Part shown: positions 1 to 11,337 of the stretch, one piece after another
How positions within the stretch are numbered: position 1 is the stretch's first letter
Layout: every line of letters starts with the position of its first letter
From: Leucoraja erinacea
Taxonomy: Eukaryota
Direction of reading: 5' to 3'
Length of the DNA stretch: 49,886 bases
Assembly (NCBI RefSeq): GCF_028641065.1
Contig: NW_026576938.1
Coordinates: 62,001 to 111,886 of the forward strand
Position numbers and translations under genes: made by a program
The notes under the pieces: model-generated
Told to the model about the DNA's origin: nothing
The model's database searches: none
Seen by the model: the letters and a program-made list of their open reading frames with translations, nothing else

Positions 1-190
1 AGAGTGGTGAATCTGTGGAATTCTCTGCCACAGAAGGTAGTTGAGGCCAGTTCATTGGCTATATTTAAGAGAGAGTTAGATGGGGCCGTTGTAGCTAAAG
101 GGATCAGGGGGGTATGGAGAGAAGGCAGGTACAGGATACTGAGTTGCATGATCAGCCTTGATCATATTGAATGGCAGGGCAAGCTCGATG
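1..190 (+). mobile_element. CR1/HER1-like LINE 3' end (also at ~7855-8210 and ~14530-14890)
   Basis: Encodes VVNLWNSLPQKVVEASSLAIFKRELD, a typical CR1 ORF2 C-terminus, followed by the CR1 3' UTR. Confidence 0.85.
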
Positions 191-785
191 TGTTTTTTTT
201 TGCCTTCCTTCACAGCGAGGAGAAGATGCGCTATGAAGGATGTTTGTGTAAATTGTGTTGAGTCTTGGGTCTTTTTCGTTTTGTATGTATGGCTGCAGAA
301 ACGACATTTCGTTTGGACCTCAACGGGGTCCAAACGACAAATAAATTGTATTGTATTGTATTGTAAGGCCCGAATGGCCTCTACTCCTGTACATATTTTC
401 TATGTTTCTCACTAATTATATGCTTTAATTTCATGTCATGCAAGTAAGATGTATCATATTTGTTTCAGAATACTTCAATCTACAATGACTAACAATTTCA
501 TTCTGTTCTCTAATTTGTTAAGAAATCTATGGGCTTTTATGTCAATCGACTGACATCCATCTCAGCTTCTGTGTTAAGTTGATGGAAAAGCAATAGGGAG
601 CAAGATGCTAATTTCCCAGTATGAAAAGGGCCTTAATTTTTTTAATACTGAAGACATTAACGTGAATTCGGTATCAGATTAAAGTTATTGTTATGCTTAA
701 TCTGATGGGATAAATTACAGGCTTCATTTTTACAATATCAAAAATGTGTAACATTCCTGCACCACCCTCGCCCCCACCCACACAA

Positions 786-855
786 CAACTTTCCAGCACT
801 TTCTGGCCACTCTCCCGAACTTTCTGCCACTTTCCCGAACTTTACAGAACTTTCT
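786..855 (+). promoter_or_regulatory. Distal heat-shock-element array, Hsp70 copy 1
   Basis: ~10-bp periodic nGAAn-nTTCn units; 816-855 reads cGAAc tTTCt gccac tTTCc cGAAc tttac aGAAc tTTCt. Confidence 0.75.
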
Positions 856-986
856 CGCTCAATCTAAAGCCGCCGGCCCCAGCAGCTTCCTGCATTCGCC
901 GATGAGATCACCGACACGCTCGCCCACTGGTCGCCGGCGCCGTCAATCAAACCGTGGGCGGGTCTTGTGCGTATCCAACCCCCGCC

Positions 987-1189
987 ATTGGCTGGTTGTT
1001 CGGGGAGTCTAACCTCATTGGCCGGCAGGTCCCGGCGAATCCCCGCCCCCGGCGGCGCCGGTCTCCCCTGCGATTGGTCAATTGCTTCAGAACGTTCTCC
1101 AACGTTCTGGCGGTGACTCACCGGCGCCTCCTCCCATTGGTCGAGCCCAGCGCAGCGCCGCCCACATCTGGGCCGCTCAAGGTATATAA
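987..1189 (+). promoter_or_regulatory. Hsp70 copy 1 proximal promoter
   Basis: ATTGG (inverted CCAAT) at 987, 1017, 1073, 1136; GC box 1041-1050; HSE aGAAc gTTCt cCAAc gTTCt 1089-1108; AP-1 TGACTCA 1114-1120; TATATAA 1183-1189. Confidence 0.85.
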
Positions 1190-1380
1190 GGAGCTGGTGG
1201 CTGGTTGTTCGAGCAACTTGCAGCGGGACAGAGAGAGAAAGAAGGAAAGAACTATCGGAAAGAAAGCAGAAGTTAAAGAAGGAAGAGAAGTAGAAGGAAG
1301 AGAAGAAGCGGAAAGAGGAAAAAAACAACGACTGCGACTGAAGACAGGAATCTGAAGACAAACTTTGTCGAGAACCAGAG

Positions 1381-3303
1381 ATGCCAGGATCCAAGGGGAC
1401 AGCCATCGGCATCGACCTGGGCACCACCTACTCCTGTGTCGCCGTCTTCCAACATGGCAAGGTGGAAATCATCGCCAACGACCAGGGCAACCGCACCACC
1501 CCCAGCTACGTGGCCTTCAACGACACCGAGAGGCTCATCGGCGACGCTGCCAAGAACCAGGTGGCCATGAACCCGTCCAACACCGTCTTCGACGCCAAGA
1601 GGCTCATCGGGAGGAGGTTCGACGACCCCGTGGTCCAGGCCGACATGAAGCACTGGCCCTTCCAGGTGGTGAGCGACGCTGGGAAGCCCAAGGTGAAGGT
1701 GGAATACAAGGGGGAGAATAAAACCTTCTACCCGGAGGAGATCTCCTCCATGGTGCTGACCAAGATGAAGGAGGTGGCCGAGGCTTACCTGGGCACCAGT
1801 GTCACCAATGCTGTTGTCACCGTGCCCGCTTACTTCAATGACTCCCAGCGGCAGGCAACCAAAGATGCCGGCGTGATCGCTGGTCTCAATGTCCTGCGTG
1901 TCATCAACGAACCAACTGCAGGTGCCATTGCCTACGGCCTGGACAAGAAGGGCAGTGGAGAGCGCAATGTCCTCATCTTTGACCTGGGTGGCGGCACCTT
2001 CGACGTGTCCATCCTCGCCATCGATGACGGTATCTTTGAAGTGAAATCCACCACCGGCGACACCCACCTGGGTGGAGAGGACTTTGACAATCGCATGGTC
2101 AGCCACTTTATTGAGGAGTTCAAGCGGAAAAACAAGAAGGACATTAGCCCGAACAAGAGGGCGGTGAGGAGGCTGCGGACAGCCTGCGAGAGAGCTAAGA
2201 GAACCTTGTCTTCCAGCACCCAAGCCAGTATTGAGATCGACTCTCTGTTTGAGGGCATTGACTTCTACACCTCAATCACCAGGGCTCGGTTTGAGGAACT
2301 GAACGCTGACCTGCTCCGAGGCACGCTGGAGCCGGTGGAGAAAGCCTTGAGAGATGCCAAGTTGGACAAGTCTCAGGTCCATGAGATTGTCCTGGTCGGC
2401 GGCTCCACCCGCATCCCCAAGATCCAGAAGATGCTGCAAGATTTCTTCAACGGCAAGGAGCTGAACAAGAGCATCAACCCTGACGAGGCGGTGGCCTACG
2501 GGGCGGCTGTCCAAGCTGCCATTCTGATGGGGGACAAGTCGGAGAACGTCCAGGATCTGCTGCTCCTGGACGTTGCTGCTCTGTCCATGGGTCTGGAGAC
2601 GGCGGGCGGTGTCATGACCACACTGATCAAGAGGAACACCACCATTCCCACCAAGCAGACCCAGATCTTCAGCACCTACACTGACAACCAGCCTGGCGTC
2701 CTCGTTCAGGTGTACGAGGGCGAGAGGGCCATGACCAAGGACAACAACCTCCTGGGCAAGTTTGACTTGAGCGGCATCCCACCTGCACCTCGGGGAGTGC
2801 CCCAGATCGAGGTGACCTTCGACATCGACGCCAATGGCATCCTCAACGTGTCTGCCGCTGACAAGAGCACTGGCAGGACAAACAAGATCACCATCACCAA
2901 CGACAAGGGCCGGCTGAGCAAGGAGGAGATTGACCGAATGGTGCAAGATGCAGAGAAGTATAAGAATGAGGATGAAATGCAGAGGGAGAAGGTCGCAGCC
3001 AAGAACTCCCTGGAGTCCTACGCCTACAACGTGAAGAGCACGATGGCCGATGAGAAGGTGGCGAGTAAGGTCAGCGATGAGGACAAGAGGGCGGTGGTTG
3101 ACCGGTGCAACCAGACGATATCGTGGCTGGAGAAGAATCAGACGGCAGAGGTCGAGGAGTTTCAGCACCAGCAGAAAGAGCTGGAGAAAGTCTGCTGTCC
3201 CGTCATTGCCAAACTTTCCCAAGGAGCGGCCCCGGGAGAGTCATGCCGAGATCAGGCCCGGGACACCGCTTCCTCAGGGCCCACCATTGAGGAGGTGGAT
3301 TGA
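1381..3303 (+). CDS. hsp70: Heat shock 70 kDa protein, intronless inducible type (HSPA1-like), copy 1, 640 aa
   Basis: [31 protein letters not shown] signatures; C-terminal GPTIEEVD; no introns; HSE promoter. Confidence 0.98.
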   Translation: MPGSKGTAIGIDLGTTYSCVAVFQHGKVEIIANDQGNRTTPSYVAFNDTERLIGDAAKNQVAMNPSNTVFDAKRLIGRRFDDPVVQADMKHWPFQVVSDAGKPKVKVEYKGENKTFYPEEISSMVLTKMKEVAEAYLGTSVTNAVVTVPAYFNDSQRQATKDAGVIAGLNVLRVINEPTAGAIAYGLDKKGSGERNVLIFDLGGGTFDVSILAIDDGIFEVKSTTGDTHLGGEDFDNRMVSHFIEEFKRKNKKDISPNKRAVRRLRTACERAKRTLSSSTQASIEIDSLFEGIDFYTSITRARFEELNADLLRGTLEPVEKALRDAKLDKSQVHEIVLVGGSTRIPKIQKMLQDFFNGKELNKSINPDEAVAYGAAVQAAILMGDKSENVQDLLLLDVAALSMGLETAGGVMTTLIKRNTTIPTKQTQIFSTYTDNQPGVLVQVYEGERAMTKDNNLLGKFDLSGIPPAPRGVPQIEVTFDIDANGILNVSAADKSTGRTNKITITNDKGRLSKEEIDRMVQDAEKYKNEDEMQREKVAAKNSLESYAYNVKSTMADEKVASKVSDEDKRAVVDRCNQTISWLEKNQTAEVEEFQHQQKELEKVCCPVIAKLSQGAAPGESCRDQARDTASSGPTIEEVD

Positions 3304-3578
3304 AAGCCAACAAACATCATCAGAACATATTGAACTTAAACTAATGGCACTGACCTCCTAGTTTCCTGAGGACATTCCTGAACTCTTTTGTAATTATTTG
3401 AAATTTGTGATAAAAAACAATTTGAGTGTGGGGGGGTAACCCATCGGGGCTTTTGGTATCTTGTTGGATTACTGTTGTATATGTTGCCTTCTGTACATTA
3501 TTTTTAATTGTTCTACTTGGTGGTTTTACTTTGTATAGCTTTGTTTAAATATCATGTTTTCTAAGGTGGCTTTTTGCC

Positions 3579-3584
3579 AATAAA
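3579..3584 (+). terminator. Polyadenylation signal, Hsp70 copy 1
   Basis: AATAAA ~275 nt after the stop in a U-rich 3' UTR; conserved at 11615-11620 and 18277-18282. Confidence 0.75.
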
Positions 3585-3966
3585 CAGCCTCTTGACGTTT
3601 AACCATGTAGTGGTGTTTCTATTTGACACAAGGAACTGCAGATTGTGGTTTACAATCAAAGAGGAACTAAATGCTGCAGTAACTCAAGTGGGCTGGGTAG
3701 CATCTCTGGAGAACCTGGTTAGGTGACATTTTGGTTACGGACTCATCTCGACTCTTTGTACGCATATCTAATCCGTGAGAGATGCAGAGCTATGGTGACA
3801 TTGTGGTTTGGGCAGCATGTCTGGAGAACATGGTTCAGTGTCATTTTGGGTTGGGGCCCTTCTTTAGACACTTCATATGCGTATGTGCTAAAGTAACTTA
3901 GTGAGTTGCAGCATCACTGACGAACATGGATAGTCATAGTCCTGAGCTGAAAAAACACATATCCAT

Positions 3967-4064
3967 GTTCTCCAGAGAGAACGCATGACTTGCTGAGATA
4001 CTTCGGCACTTTGCTTCCTCTCATGTCTTGCTTCAACTCTTGACACTTCCCCCACTCCCATCTC
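3967..4064 (+). repeat. 98-bp direct repeat, left copy (target-site duplication)
   Basis: Repeated at 5286-5383 with 2 mismatches; single copy in the other two tandem units. Confidence 0.9.
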
Positions 4065-5285
4065 AAGTCAAGTTTATTTGTCACATACACATACGAGATG
4101 TGCAGTGAAATTAAATAGGCAATGCTCGCGGACCTTTGTGCAAAAAGCCAAACAACAAAACAACCAAACAAATTATAAACACAATCATAACACACATATT
4201 CTTTTACATAATAAATAATGGAAGGAAAAACGTTCTGTAGAGTTAGTCCCTGGTGAGATAGGCGTTTACAGTCCGAATTGCCTCTGGGAAGAAACTCCTT
4301 CTCAACCTCTCCGTTCTCGCCGCATGGCAACGGAGATGTTTGCCTGACCGTAGCAGCTGGAACAGTCCGTTGCAGGGGTGGAAGGGGTCTCGTGATTTTA
4401 TTTGCTGTTGAGTTGCACCTCCTGTTGTACAGTTCCTGCAGGGGGGTGAGTGAAGTTCCCATAGTGCGTTCGGTCGAACGCACTTCTCTCTGTAGAGCCT
4501 TCGTGTCCTTGGCAGAGCAATTCCCAAACCAGATGGTAATGTTCCTGGAGAAGATGCTTTCCACCGCCGCTGCGTAGAAGCACTGGAGGATCCTCGGAGA
4601 CACTCTGAATTTCCTCATTTGCCTGAGGTGGTAAAGGCGCTGCCTTGCCTTACTCACGAGTGCTGAGGCTTGTGATGCCCATGTCATATCCTCAGAGATG
4701 TGGACTCCCAGATATTTAAAACAGTTCACCCTATCCACAGGATCCCCATTTATCCTCAATGGAGTGTACGTCCTCGGATGATGTGCCCTCCTAAAGTCCA
4801 TGATCAGCTCCTTCGTTTTTTTGATGTTCAAGAGGAGGCTGTTATCCTGGCACCAGAGTGCTAGATCAGCCACCTCCTCCCGGTAGGCCTTCTCATCGTT
4901 GTCTGAGATCAGGCCCACCACCAAAGTGTCATCAGCAAACTTAATTATTGAATTGGAGCGGAACCTAGCCACACAGTCATGTGTGTACAGGGAGTACAAT
5001 AGGGGGCTGAGGACGCAACCCTGGGGCGATCCTGTGCTCAGGGTGAGGGACTCCGATGTATTCCCTCCCATCTCGACTACCTGTGGCCTGGCGGTGAGAA
5101 AGTCCAGGACCCAGGCACACGGGGAGGTGTTGAGCCCCAATTCCATTAGCTTCCCGGCCAGTCTGGTGGAGACTATCGTGTTGAAGGCTGAACTGTAGTC
5201 TATGAACAGCATCCTCACGTAGCCCCCCTTCTGGCTGTCCAGATGGGAGAGAGCGGTGTGCAAGACCTGGGAGACCGCATCGTCC
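4065..5285 (-). mobile_element. 5'-truncated Rex1/Babar-like non-LTR retrotransposon (RT domain to 3' tail)
   Basis: [45 protein letters not shown] motifs; AATAAA plus (ACTTG)n tail at the left end; absent from units B and C. Confidence 0.9.
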
Positions 5286-5383
5286 GTTCTCCAGAGAGAA
5301 CGAATGAATTGCTGAGATACTTCGGCACTTTGCTTCCTCTCATGTCTTGCTTCAACTCTTGACACTTCCCCCACTCCCATCTC
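5286..5383 (+). repeat. 98-bp direct repeat, right copy (target-site duplication)
   Basis: Matches 3967-4064. Confidence 0.9.
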
Positions 5384-6199
5384 TATTCTCCTCCCAGCAG
5401 CCAATTTGAAGCCTCGGGCTATTACCATTATGATTTGAATTTGTTAATTCTGTGGAGAACGATGGTATGAAAACTCTTTGCTACAATTCTAAGGTAAACC
5501 AATGTCAGCTCTCGTAAGCTGAATATTCTGCCTGTCTGCACAGGTATGCCTGGCCCATTGTAATGGCTATCTTGAACCAAGACCATTTCAACCTTTTGAC
5601 CCAAATTTTGTTAAAACAACCAGTTCTTGGAGACCATGATCTGATCTCATGGTTATTGTCTATCTTAATTGATAGGCGGTTGCAGGGAAGGCATGAGGGA
5701 AGGTGGTGATTGCCAGCTCCACAAGAGTAAGTGACAAAGCCCAAGAATGCAAAGGAGATCAAAAGGTGTCAGATGAGGGGAGAGGGACACGACAGTGGGA
5801 GAAATGGATGGAGACCTTCTGCGATTCCTTGTTTTTCCTGTTTTTTTGCTTGCGGTAGTAATCATTACTTTGAAGGAAACATGTCAATTAAGTTCCCTGC
5901 TTTCCGAAATACCTCACAGTACTATTAAACTAATTGAACGTGTACAGCTGTGCCCATTGAGCAAGCCTACGTACTATTTACCCACCACAGCCCTTCTGTT
6001 CTATCACTTGAACTCCTTTGCGAAACATTTGGAACTGACTACCTATAATAAACCCCTTAACACGTAGTTTTATGGCTGCCAAAGGTCACATGGTTAAAAT
6101 GCGTCAGTCTGGATGTGTCACCATTCTTGGTGAAGTTGGCACAATTCTCTCTGACTGCTCTCTGAACCCCTTTGGAGATGAAGAACCTAAATGTCCCCC

Positions 6200-6570
6200 T
6201 TTTTTTCATATCAAAAAAATAATTTATTTAAATTCCAACATGATACAAATTTATAAAAAAACACACAAAACCGTGGTGACACACCCACCACCACATTACA
6301 GAATCACCAAACTATTCAGACATTAAATTACAAACAACTATCTTACAAATAACATCACCCTCTCCAACAGCACCCGGGCGCGGACGTAACCCCGGGAAAG
6401 GGGCACGCATCCAGGCTCGGGCAAAGCTCTCTTCCGCCTGGCGCCGTGACTCGAGGATGGCCAGCTTGGCCAGGCCAAGGATCAACCCAACCAGGACATC
6501 TTCGGCCCTGCTCACTCCCAAGATCCCGTCACCAGTCCTTCGGTCACTGACAGCGGTGCCACTCATGTCC
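6200..6570 (-). mobile_element. Tx1/L1-like LINE 3' fragment (copy at ~12920-13285)
   Basis: EDVLVGLILGLAKLAILESRR resembles the Tx1 ORF2 C-terminus; AATAAA and A-rich tail on the minus strand near 6200-6230. Confidence 0.6.
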
Positions 6571-6705
6571 CTGCGAACCCCTAGGTCAAGTGGCGGTGCT
6601 CCTTGCCCTCTGGACCCTGGCTACAAGGGACGCTCTATTGGTCCCTCGATGTTCCCCATGGTTGCTTCCCACCAGTGTGTCGGGGAGTCTTTGACAGCCC
6701 TCCAT

Positions 6706-6800
6706 CCCCCCCCCCCCCCCCCCCCCCACCCCCACACCCACACACACCACCACCACCACCACCACCACCCCCACCATCCCAACCCACACCCCCTCCACCT
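6706..6800. repeat. Poly-C/(CCA)n low-complexity tract
   Basis: Long C run then CAC/CCA repeats; shorter variant at ~13413-13470. Confidence 0.85.
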
Positions 6801-8819
6801 ACCGTTGTTACAAAACCTACCATCAGCGGCGCTCCAGATCTGCCACTGCCTGTGGGTGCGATTCCGGAGGCTGTGGTAGGCGATTCCGGAGGCTGTGGGG
6901 GACGGATTAAAATTCAGGTTTGTATTGGTTGTCGAAGAGGTATTTGCTCGGACTTACAAGTTGATAAAGAAAATTCGTTCTGCGCTTCCGTTCCCATTTT
7001 AAAAAAAGCTGCTGGACGATTTCATCAGTGGATTGAAGTCAAACGCGACTTCTAACGCCTTCAACATCTCGGATCAAAATCAACATCAAGGACTTCCACA
7101 TCAGGACAAAACAAAAGTTATCTCATTTATTTGACATCTTACCTTGCTTCTTGGTGTAGTTTCATTTTAATCTGATGATTCAAGGTATGTTATTTAGGCC
7201 CCGATATCGGCCATGTCTTGCCTGCCTATATAGCGGGGCTTATCACGGCAGCGGCCACATCCCGATCTATCACAAAGCACTCTCAAGATAACTAAATTCA
7301 TTATTTGTTTGCACAATCATCTCATAAGAACATGTAACTCGTCTATATTTTGTGTTTTTGTCTATTTTTTAATAAATATATTTTTAGCCTTTTAAGAATG
7401 GGATGTTTAGATCTAGTAATTGAATTTAGATGAATTTCATTGATTTGATGACACTGATTAACATGCTTTTTTTGTTGAGTATTTACAGTTTGTTTTAACG
7501 TTACAATAATATTAAAGTTCTGATCTTGATAATATCACATTTTTGATTTTTTTAAGGCAGTCTGGGTGTTTATTACTATTTCCGTCACAACGGTCCATTT
7601 GTAATTAATTAAATAAGTAAGTAAGTAAGTTTATTGGCCAAGTATTCACATACAAGGAATTAGCCTGGGTGCTCCGCCAACAAGTAACAACATGACATAC
7701 AGTGACAGCTACGAATGACTCAGAAAACACTAAACATTAATAATAATAAAATATTAATGATAAAACACCATTGATCAAGCATGTGAACCAACAAAATACC
7801 AGATCAAAGGGACGCTACAGTTAGGTAACTACTAATCTACAATTAGGTAACCTTAGAAGATTGAGGGGGGACCTTATAGAAACTTACAAAATTCTTAAGG
7901 GGTTGGACAGGCTAGATGCAGGAAGATTGTTCCCGATGTTGGGGAAGTCCAGAACAAGGGGTCACAGTTTAAGGATAAGAGGGAAGTCTTTTAGGACCGA
8001 GATGAGAAAAAACATTTTTCACACAGAGAGTGGTGAATCTGTAGAATTCTCTGCCACAGAAGGTAGTTGAGGCCAGTTCATTGGCTATATTTAAGAGAGA
8101 GTTAGATGGGGCCGTTGTGGCTAAAGGGATTAGGGGGGTATGGAGAGAAGGCAGGTACAGGATACTGAGTTGCATGATCAGTCTTGGTCATATTGAATGG
8201 CAGGGCAGGCTCGATGTGTTTTTTTTTTTTTGCCTTCCTTCACAGCGAGGAGAAGATGCGCTGTGAAGGATGTTTGTGTAAATTGTGTTGTGTCTTGGGT
8301 CTTTTTCGTTTTGTATGTATGACTGCAGAAACGACATTTCGTTTGGACCTCAACGGGGTCCAAACGACAAATAAATTGTATTGTATTGTATTGTATTGTA
8401 AGGCCCGAATGGCCTCTACTCCTGTACATATTTTCTATGTTTCTCACTAATTATATGCTTTAATTTCATATCATCCAAGTAAGATGTATCATATTTGTTT
8501 CAGAATACTTCAATCTACAATGATGACAATTTCATTCTGTTCTCTAATTTGTTAAGAAATCTATGGGCTTTTATGTCAATCGACTGACATCCATCTCAGC
8601 TTCTGTGTTAAATTGATGGAAAAGCAATAGGGAGCAAGATGCTAATTTCCCAGTATGAAAAGAACCTTAACGTTTTTAATACTGAAGACATTAACGTGAA
8701 TTCGGTAGCAGATTAAAGTTATTGTTATGCTTAATCTGATGGGATAAATTACAGGCTTGATTTTTACAATATCAAAAATGTGTAACATTCCTGCACCACC
8801 CCCGCTCCCACCCACACAA

Positions 8820-9223
8820 CAACTTTCCAGCACTTTCTGGCCACTCTCCGGAACTTTCTGCCACTTTCCCGAACTTTGCAGAACTTTCACGCTCAATCTA
8901 AAGCCGCCGCCCCCAGCAGCTTCCTGCATTCGCCGATGAGATCACCGCCACGCTCGCCCAATGGCCGCCGGCGCCGTCAATCAAAGCGTGGGAGGGTCTT
9001 GTGCGTATCCAACCCCCGCCATTGGCTGGTGGTTCGGGGAGTCTAACCTCATTGGCCGGCAGGTCCCGGCGAATCCCCGCCCCCGGCGGCGCCCGCCTCC
9101 CCTGCGATTGGTCAATTGCTTCAGAACGTTCTCCAACGTTCTGGCGGTGACTCACCGGCGCCTCCTCCCATTGGTCGAGCCCAGCGCAGCGCCGCCCACA
9201 TCTGGGCCGCTCAAGGTATATAA
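8820..9223 (+). promoter_or_regulatory. Hsp70 copy 2 promoter (distal HSE array, CCAAT boxes, proximal HSE, AP-1, TATA)
   Basis: Same elements as copy 1 at offset +8034; TATATAA 9217-9223. Confidence 0.85.
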
Positions 9224-9414
9224 GGAGCTGGTGGCTGGTTGTTCGAGCAACTTGCAGCGGGACAGAGAGACAAAGAAGGAAAGAACTATCGGAAAGAAAG
9301 CAGAAGTTAAAGAAGGAAGAGAAGTAGAAGGAAGAGAAGAAGTGGAAAGAGGAAAAAAACAACGACTGCGACTGAAGACAGGAATCTGAAGACAAACTTT
9401 GTCGAGAACCAGAG

Positions 9415-11337
9415 ATGCCAGGATCCAAGGGGACAGCCATCGGCATCGACCTGGGCACCACCTACTCGTGTGTCGCCGTCTTCCAACATGGCAAGGTGGA
9501 AATCATCGCCAACGACCAGGGCAACCGCACCACCCCCAGCTACGTGGCCTTCAACGACACCGAGAGGCTCATCGGCGACGCTGCCAAGAACCAGGTGGCC
9601 ATGAACCCGTCCAACACCGTCTTCGACGCCAAGAGGCTCATCGGGAGGAGGTTCGACGACCCCGTGGTCCAGGCCGACATGAAGCACTGGCCCTTCCAGG
9701 TGGTGAGCGACGCTGGGAAGCCCAAGGTGAAGGTGGAGTACAAGGGGGAGAATAAAACCTTCTACCCGGAGGAGATCTCCTCCATGGTGCTGACCAAGAT
9801 GAAGGAGGTGGCCGAGGCTTATCTGGGCACCAGTGTCACCAATGCTGTTGTCACCGTGCCCGCTTACTTCAATGACTCCCAGCGGCAGGCAACCAAAGAT
9901 GCCGGCGTGATCGCTGGTCTCAATGTCCTGCGTGTCATCAACGAACCAACTGCAGGTGCCATTGCCTACGGCCTGGACAAGAAGGGCAGTGGAGAGCGCA
10001 ATGTCCTCATCTTTGACCTGGGTGGCGGCACCTTCGACGTGTCCATCCTCGCCATCGATGACGGTATCTTTGAAGTGAAGTCCACCACCGGCGACACCCA
10101 CCTGGGTGGAGAGGACTTTGACAATCGCATGGTCAGCCACTTCATTGAGGAGTTCAAGCGGAAAAACAAGAAGGACATTAGCCCGAACAAGAGGGCGGTG
10201 AGGAGGCTGCGGACAGCCTGCGAGAGAGCTAAGAGAACCTTGTCTTCCAGCACCCAAGCCAGTATTGAGATCGACTCTCTGTTTGAGGGCATTGACTTCT
10301 ACACCTCAATCACCAGGGCTCGGTTTGAGGAACTGAACGCTGACCTGCTCCGAGGCACGCTGGAGCCGGTGGAGAAAGCCTTGAGAGATGCCAAGTTGGA
10401 CAAGTCTCAGGTCCATGAGATTGTCCTGGTCGGCGGCTCCACCCGCATCCCCAAGATCCAGAAGATGCTGCAAGATTTCTTCAACGGCAAGGAGCTGAAC
10501 AAGAGCATCAACCCTGACGAGGCGGTGGCCTACGGGGCGGCTGTCCAAGCGGCCATTCTGATGGGGGACAAGTCGGAGAACGTCCAGGATCTGCTGCTCC
10601 TGGACGTTGCTGCTCTGTCCATGGGTCTGGAGACGGCGGGCGGTGTCATGACCACACTCATCAAGAGGAACACCACCATTCCCACCAAGCAGACCCAGAT
10701 CTTCAGCACCTACACTGACAACCAGCCTGGCGTCCTCGTTCAGGTGTACGAGGGTAAGAGGGCCATGACCAAGGACAACAACCTCCTGGGCAAGTTTGAC
10801 TTGAGCGGCATCCCACCTGCCCCTCGTGGAGTGCCCCAGATCGAGGTGACATTCGACATCGACGCCAATGGTATCCTCAACGTGTCTGCCGCTGACAAGA
10901 GCACTGGCAGGACAAACAAGATCACCATCACCAACGACAAGGGCCGGCTGAGCAAGGAGGAGATTGACCGAATGGTGCAAGATGCAGAGAAGTATAAGAA
11001 TGAGGATGAAATGCAGAGGGAGAAGGTCGCAGCCAAGAACTCCCTGGAGTCCTACGCCTACAACGTGAAGAGCACGATGGCCGATGAGAAGGTGGCGAGT
11101 AAGGTCAGCGATGAGGACAAGAGGGCGGTGGTTGACCGGTGCAACCAGACGATATCGTGGCTGGAGAAGAATCAGACGGCGGAGGTCGAGGAGTTTCAGC
11201 ACCAGCAGAAAGAGCTGGAGAAAGTCTGCCGTCCCGTCATTGCCAAACTTTCCCAAGGAGCGGCCCCGGGAGAGTCATGCCGAGATCAGGCCCGGGACAC
11301 CGCCTCCTCAGGGCCCACCATTGAGGAGGTGGATTGA
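9415..11337 (+). CDS. hsp70: Heat shock 70 kDa protein, copy 2, 640 aa (E448K)
   Basis: Near-identical to copy 1; ends GPTIEEVD. Confidence 0.98.
   Translation: MPGSKGTAIGIDLGTTYSCVAVFQHGKVEIIANDQGNRTTPSYVAFNDTERLIGDAAKNQVAMNPSNTVFDAKRLIGRRFDDPVVQADMKHWPFQVVSDAGKPKVKVEYKGENKTFYPEEISSMVLTKMKEVAEAYLGTSVTNAVVTVPAYFNDSQRQATKDAGVIAGLNVLRVINEPTAGAIAYGLDKKGSGERNVLIFDLGGGTFDVSILAIDDGIFEVKSTTGDTHLGGEDFDNRMVSHFIEEFKRKNKKDISPNKRAVRRLRTACERAKRTLSSSTQASIEIDSLFEGIDFYTSITRARFEELNADLLRGTLEPVEKALRDAKLDKSQVHEIVLVGGSTRIPKIQKMLQDFFNGKELNKSINPDEAVAYGAAVQAAILMGDKSENVQDLLLLDVAALSMGLETAGGVMTTLIKRNTTIPTKQTQIFSTYTDNQPGVLVQVYEGKRAMTKDNNLLGKFDLSGIPPAPRGVPQIEVTFDIDANGILNVSAADKSTGRTNKITITNDKGRLSKEEIDRMVQDAEKYKNEDEMQREKVAAKNSLESYAYNVKSTMADEKVASKVSDEDKRAVVDRCNQTISWLEKNQTAEVEEFQHQQKELEKVCRPVIAKLSQGAAPGESCRDQARDTASSGPTIEEVD

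Larger units (their letters stand above)
1..5658 (+). repeat. Hsp70 tandem unit A (5' part outside window)
   Basis: Near-identical to 8027-12374 and 14703-19035 apart from a LINE insertion; shared sequence ends at ATCTCATGGTTATTG (5658/12374/19035). Confidence 0.9.

Noticed and set aside
864-1427. 133-216 aa ORFs over the Hsp70 promoters
   Set aside because: GC-rich promoter and GA-rich 5' UTR lack stops by composition; ORF ends differ among copies
3914-5428. 504-aa minus-strand ORF as a host gene
   Set aside because: Chimera of flanking TSD sequence and a truncated, frameshifted LINE RT
6457-7055. Poly-Pro/poly-His ORFs
   Set aside because: Translation of a C-rich low-complexity tract whose length and frame differ in the next unit
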